Of a stretch of 64,000 nucleotides of DNA, positions 60,000-64,000 are shown one piece after another. Numbering within the stretch: position 1 is the first letter of the stretch; every line of letters begins with the position of its first letter. The notes under the pieces were generated by a model that was not told where the DNA came from, ran no database searches, and saw nothing but the letters and a program-made list of their open reading frames with translations. Source of the DNA: Candidatus Flemingiibacterium sp. (GTDB lineage Bacteria > Bacillota > Clostridia > Oscillospirales > CAG-272); contig JAZQZL010000018.1 of NCBI GenBank assembly GCA_045634005.1, positions 4,329 to 68,328 of the forward strand. Reading direction: 5' to 3'. Position numbers and translations under genes: made by a program.

Positions 60000-60053
60000 A
60001 CAATCCCTCCGTCACGCTCCGCGTGCCACCTCCCTTTACACAAGGGAGGCTTT
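60000..60053. repeat. Palindromic repeat flanking DUF559 gene (right, inverted)
   Basis: acaatccctccgtcacgctccgcgtgccacctccctttacacaagggaggcttt. Confidence 0.88.
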
Positions 60054-60641
60054 TGTGCTGACCATTACGTATGCGTGGTCTGTTTCAAATTCATTTACAA
60101 TTTTAAGCTTTGTTATTGATAGATAACTACGTATATCGTTAGGGTTATCGGGATAAATTTTTATTTTTCTATCTCCCATATCGATATACTCATCCTTATT
60201 TTTATCGATTGATAGAACGAAAAGTCCGTTGTTTGTCAGCAAAGTAGCAATTTTTTGTATAGCTGATAATTTATCTTGTATATGCATAAAGGTTAATGAC
60301 GAGTATATTACATCGAACTGTGATTCAAATTCACAAGACATAAAATCACCGCAAATAAGCTTTATATTTCGATACGTTGATAGATTTTCAGCCGCTCTAC
60401 CAATTGTCTTTTCGGAAATATCTATTCCATACAAGCTTTTACAATTTGGTGCAATTTTTATGGCAAGTCGCCCTGTTCCGATTCCTATTTCCAAAGCGGA
60501 TTTGCTTTTATCAAGCCGCATACTCTCGATAAACTTCTCTCCGTCCCACTTATCCATATAATCTCTCAAAGGTTTAGGATCACGAGTAGGGTCATTGTTT
60601 TCGTCAATTAGCTTGTTATAATGTTCAATCACATCTCTCAT
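60036..60641 (-). CDS. Class I SAM-dependent methyltransferase
   Basis: LEIGIGTG, GIDIS, GDF and FDVIYS motifs. Confidence 0.88.
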   Translation of the reverse strand: MRDVIEHYNKLIDENNDPTRDPKPLRDYMDKWDGEKFIESMRLDKSKSALEIGIGTGRLAIKIAPNCKSLYGIDISEKTIGRAAENLSTYRNIKLICGDFMSCEFESQFDVIYSSLTFMHIQDKLSAIQKIATLLTNNGLFVLSIDKNKDEYIDMGDRKIKIYPDNPNDIRSYLSITKLKIVNEFETDHAYVMVSTKASLV

Positions 60642-60793
60642 ATATGTACCGTCCTTTTATCAAGGTTTTAGCAAATGTCCGTACTCTATTATATCACAAA
60701 AACTCCAGAAAATCAATCTGAGGTTTCTGTTTTTCTGTCGGCAGATAAAACTGTCCTTTAGGGTACAGCCCTATTGGCGCAGGTGTTTTAATT

Positions 60794-61315
60794 TTACTGT
60801 GCTGTATCGGAAACCTTTTCGATATCCATCACCGTAAGATTTACCGTTACGCTTGCGCTTTTAACAGTCACGGGACTGTTTGGCGCGATGTAATTCGAGC
60901 CTGCGAGGAAGAAGCCGTCCTCGGTAAATATGCCCGTGCAAAGCATCGTTCCGCGCACGTCGATCTTGTCACCGCTCACAGTCGTTTTCTCAAGCACGCC
61001 GTACTCGTCAGCAAGGTAGATCTCCGCAGGCATCGTCCAGAACTGCTCAAGCGTTCCGAAGCTGCACTTGTGCGTTTCGCTGTAAAACGCATCTCCGTTA
61101 TCAAAGTATCCACCTGTACTTTCGCTTACGCTGCTTATCAGGAAAGTTACACGCGCCGTTTCAAGATTGCTGTTTACAGTTACCTGCTCAACTATACCCG
61201 ATCTGACCGTAATACCTATTATGGCGGCAATCACAGCTATAATTATTATAAAGTCGATGATATTCGGCTTTATTTTTTTCGTCTTCTTTGCCTTTGCAGT
61301 TACAATCTCGCTCAT
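60794..61315 (-). CDS. DUF4330-like membrane-anchored protein
   Basis: KPNIIDFIII N-terminal anchor; beta-rich body. Confidence 0.65.
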   Translation of the reverse strand: MSEIVTAKAKKTKKIKPNIIDFIIIIAVIAAIIGITVRSGIVEQVTVNSNLETARVTFLISSVSESTGGYFDNGDAFYSETHKCSFGTLEQFWTMPAEIYLADEYGVLEKTTVSGDKIDVRGTMLCTGIFTEDGFFLAGSNYIAPNSPVTVKSASVTVNLTVMDIEKVSDTAQ

Positions 61316-61830
61316 TGTGCCCCTCCTTCACTCGCTCTTATCTCGGTGCAGTAGCCGTATCCGATGTAGTTCGGCGTGCGAACGTAAATAAGCTTTCCGA
61401 CCGCGATATCGTATCCGCCGCCTACAACGTATCTGCCAAGCGCGTCCACAGTTGCGTCAGCACTTACCGTGAGCTGAACGTCCGAATATTCGGGATAATC
61501 GCTCGAAACGGACTCGCCCGTAACGAAATTGACACCCGTATATACAGCGTCGGTTACGTCTATGGCAACGATGTTTCCTATGCGGTAAAGCTCCGATGCA
61601 TCTATAACACCGTCGCCCTCGGTAAAGTTGTCCGCGAATTCGTCGCGTATCGCGCGAAGCTCAACCGCGTACTCGATCTTCACCGTCTGCGCAGTAAGGT
61701 CCTCACCTTCGTCCCTTGAAAACAGGAAGAATGCCGCCGCACCTATTATAGCAGCTATCAGAATAATGACAGCCGCATCAATGGCGTTGAATTTATGCTT
61801 TTTCTGTGTGGATTTCATTGTATCAATCAC
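61312..61830 (-). CDS. DUF4330-like membrane-anchored protein
   Basis: KFNAIDAAVII; GGYDIAVG. Confidence 0.7.
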   Translation of the reverse strand: MIDTMKSTQKKHKFNAIDAAVIILIAAIIGAAAFFLFSRDEGEDLTAQTVKIEYAVELRAIRDEFADNFTEGDGVIDASELYRIGNIVAIDVTDAVYTGVNFVTGESVSSDYPEYSDVQLTVSADATVDALGRYVVGGGYDIAVGKLIYVRTPNYIGYGYCTEIRASEGGAQ

Positions 61831-61867
61831 CGTAGTCCTCGCTGTACGAGGATTTCCTTTCCAAAGC

Positions 61868-63769
61868 TCATATTATTTCCTCAGGCGCCGTCATATCAAG
61901 CGTCTTGCGAATTGCGCTACCAAGTCCAACAAGTAGCCAGAACATAAGGAAGACGCGGTAGTTATACCATATATAATCCGTCATTCCCTGAATAAGCACC
62001 GCTACTATGCCGCAGAAAATTGCGTTTGAATAAAGCTTCTCCAAGCGGCGCTCGCTCACATGGAAGGTAAACGTGCTTTGCGCCCAGATAAATATAACCG
62101 CCGCAAACGCGATAAACCCGACTATACCAAGCTCAATCAGTATCTGCATATAAAGGCTGTGCGAATGAGCAGCGCCTTCAATTCCCGAGAAGGCGTACAG
62201 TCGGTATATTTTTGTGAAGGCTTCCTCACCGATACCGATTCCGCTCCGCCAATAATCCTTGATCATTTCGACAGCCGCACTCCACACGCCGCTTCTATAG
62301 ACAGTCGAGCCGTCGCTCATATTGCCGATGCTCGCAAAGCGCGATACAATGCTTTGCGGAAGCACGTGCGGCAAAGCGGGAACGGTGAACGCGCCGAGGA
62401 AAAGCACCACGAGCGTGTTCTTATTTTGCATAAGCATAAAGAATATGATGCCTATCAAAAATCCGAGCCATGCTCCGCGCGACCACGTACAGATAAGACA
62501 TCCGATTGCCGCAACAAGCGAACAAACAAGTGACATTCTGTGCTTTGGAGCCTTATATAGCATACTCACCGCAAGAATTATCGGAATACACATAATAAGA
62601 TACTCGGAGAGTACGTTGGGATTTTCAAACGTTGAAACGACACGTCCCGAAATATCCTCAAAGAGCTGTGTGTCGTGCCATATAGTATCTGCATAGCCGA
62701 AAAAGTACTGGAACAGTCCGTAAAGCGCCACTACCGTACACGAGGCGGTAACGCCGAGAACACATCTTAATATCCACTCGCGTGAGCGTATCAGATTTAC
62801 GACAAGGAAATATCCGAGCATAAATACACAGTATACCAGCGCAGGACGGATACTGCCGTCCGCGCAGGACACGATACCGCCCATAGCTACAAGCACAAGA
62901 AAGATCAGCACCGACGCGTCAATAAGGTCAAATTTAACCGAGCGCTTTCCTCGCGCGACCTTGATAAAGAAGCATACAAGCGTGTAAATAACCGCCGCAA
63001 CAAGCAGCATTGTAGACGCAAATGGCAAGCACGCTATTATAAGAAGCACGCCAAATTCCGGCTTTATGAGCACAAGATAAGCGACAATTGCTACAAGAAT
63101 AAGCGAAAGCAACGCTATCGGTCTTACAGCAATAGAAGCAATACCGAATACCAAGCCCGCTATGAAAGGAATATCAAACCTGTCCTTCCTTGGGGCTCTA
63201 CCCTCAAGCGCCTCGCGGCGTATACCAACCACCTTCAGAAGTATAAAGCTTGCCGAAGGGCTTGTGAGAAGTGCACTCGCAAGCGTCTGACGCGATGCTA
63301 TCATAAGGACCGACGAGATGAGCATCACGATAAGCGTAAGAATGTGTGAGGCACTAACCTCGGCTGAACCGAAGTAGAATATACGGAAAACGTAAACTAT
63401 CGCACTGTAAAGTGCCGCCGAGAACACGAATATTCCGTACGACTTCATCGAGCTTGAGATCAGCCAGTCGAGTATCTGCCGCAGAAAATCCAGCACTGCG
63501 CTGTTTTCCACAGCGCGCGCAACCGTACGCTTTACGGGCGTGTATACACGCTCGGACATTCTTATGCGCTTGTAGATATCGTGCGACGCGCTTGATTTTG
63601 CCGCCGCATTTTCCTTGCTGTACGATGTGAAGATTCCGCCAAGCAGACTTGTCTCAAGCTTTCGGTATATAAAGGCAGACGCCTTCTTAAGTGCACCGAT
63701 TATGACCGACGAGGAAAAACTGTTTTTTACTCGCCGCGATTTCGGTGCGCTCTCTTGAGTTTTGTTCAA
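61868..63769 (-). CDS. O-antigen ligase/polymerase (Wzy_C) family protein
   Basis: RVVSTFENPN, TWSRGAW, GIGIG and HSHSLYMQILIELGIVG motifs. Confidence 0.9.
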   Translation of the reverse strand: MNKTQESAPKSRRVKNSFSSSVIIGALKKASAFIYRKLETSLLGGIFTSYSKENAAAKSSASHDIYKRIRMSERVYTPVKRTVARAVENSAVLDFLRQILDWLISSSMKSYGIFVFSAALYSAIVYVFRIFYFGSAEVSASHILTLIVMLISSVLMIASRQTLASALLTSPSASFILLKVVGIRREALEGRAPRKDRFDIPFIAGLVFGIASIAVRPIALLSLILVAIVAYLVLIKPEFGVLLIIACLPFASTMLLVAAVIYTLVCFFIKVARGKRSVKFDLIDASVLIFLVLVAMGGIVSCADGSIRPALVYCVFMLGYFLVVNLIRSREWILRCVLGVTASCTVVALYGLFQYFFGYADTIWHDTQLFEDISGRVVSTFENPNVLSEYLIMCIPIILAVSMLYKAPKHRMSLVCSLVAAIGCLICTWSRGAWLGFLIGIIFFMLMQNKNTLVVLFLGAFTVPALPHVLPQSIVSRFASIGNMSDGSTVYRSGVWSAAVEMIKDYWRSGIGIGEEAFTKIYRLYAFSGIEGAAHSHSLYMQILIELGIVGFIAFAAVIFIWAQSTFTFHVSERRLEKLYSNAIFCGIVAVLIQGMTDYIWYNYRVFLMFWLLVGLGSAIRKTLDMTAPEEII

Positions 63770-63782
63770 GCGATCTCCTCCT

Positions 63783-64000
63783 TCAGTTAAATTTTATCCG
63801 AGCAAGCCTTGCGTATATGAGATACACAAGCGCCGCCGGAGCGAATATTGCCACAGAATGCCATACATTCATCGCAAGCGAAGACGTATATGGATCAGCC
63901 GCAAGCAAATTTGAGAGCACGGCGCATATCGCGAACACGGTAATGCCGCCGAGTGCAATTTTTATTATTTTGAGCACTGTGCTTTTATCAAACAAACCCT
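63783..64000 (-). CDS. C-terminus of a membrane protein, possibly a MurJ-like flippase (5' end outside window)
   Basis: Two TM segments; context upstream of the O-antigen ligase gene. Confidence 0.4.
   Translation of the reverse strand, partial: GLFDKSTVLKIIKIALGGITVFAICAVLSNLLAADPYTSSLAMNVWHSVAIFAPAALVYLIYARLARIKFN

Larger units (their letters stand above)
48644..60773. mobile_element. Tn4451-like integrative mobilizable element (element C, ~12.1 kb)
   Basis: Arms gtactctaaaggacagtttt (48651-48670) and aaaactgtcctttagggtac (60747-60766; 19/20 inverted), each 5 nt from a TA core; removal restores cacctgcgtca-tat-tggcgcaggtg; encodes LSR, MobV and TnpV/TnpW-like proteins. Confidence 0.92.

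Noticed and set aside
1-64000. CRISPR array, rRNA, reverse transcriptase/retron, prophage structural genes
   Set aside because: No regularly spaced repeat-spacer array, rRNA-like sequence, RT motif or phage structural protein recognised

Overview
Chromosomal segment of a Clostridia-type (Bacillota) bacterium, probably an uncultured gut or rumen lineage. The backbone is ordinary housekeeping: aroC, a PheA-like gene, pgm, tRNA-Arg/His, a MATE transporter, mntR, trxA, sulP, ilvE, an SLH protein, folT under a THF riboswitch, tRNA-Met/Glu, a vitamin B6 salvage locus, ispE, aroA/aroB, the dcw cluster (mraZ to ftsZ), coaD, rsmD, uvrC, ptsH, two Gfo/Idh/MocA paralogues and a cell-wall polysaccharide locus at the right end. 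Four insertions interrupt it, each at an intrinsic terminator between convergent transcription units. (1) A 12.1-kb Tn4451-like integrative mobilizable element (48644-60773) has a large serine recombinase, a MobV relaxase with oriT, TnpV/TnpW-like genes, and cargo including a Schlafen/AlbA_2 - nucleotidyltransferase - DUF262 operon, DUF4062, and a DUF559 nuclease bracketed by palindromic repeats. (2, 3) Two tiny elements (8413-10753 and 17247-18938) have serine-recombinase-style ends (inverted arms around a TT core) and a shared ~370-bp non-coding module with a MobV-type oriT. They encode no recombinase and no relaxase, only XRE regulators. (4) An ~0.83-kb HTH + TM2 cassette is flanked by a 44-bp direct repeat. 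The most novel-looking system is the pair of att + oriT-only satellite cassettes that target terminator loops. All protein calls come from motif recognition, not database searches.
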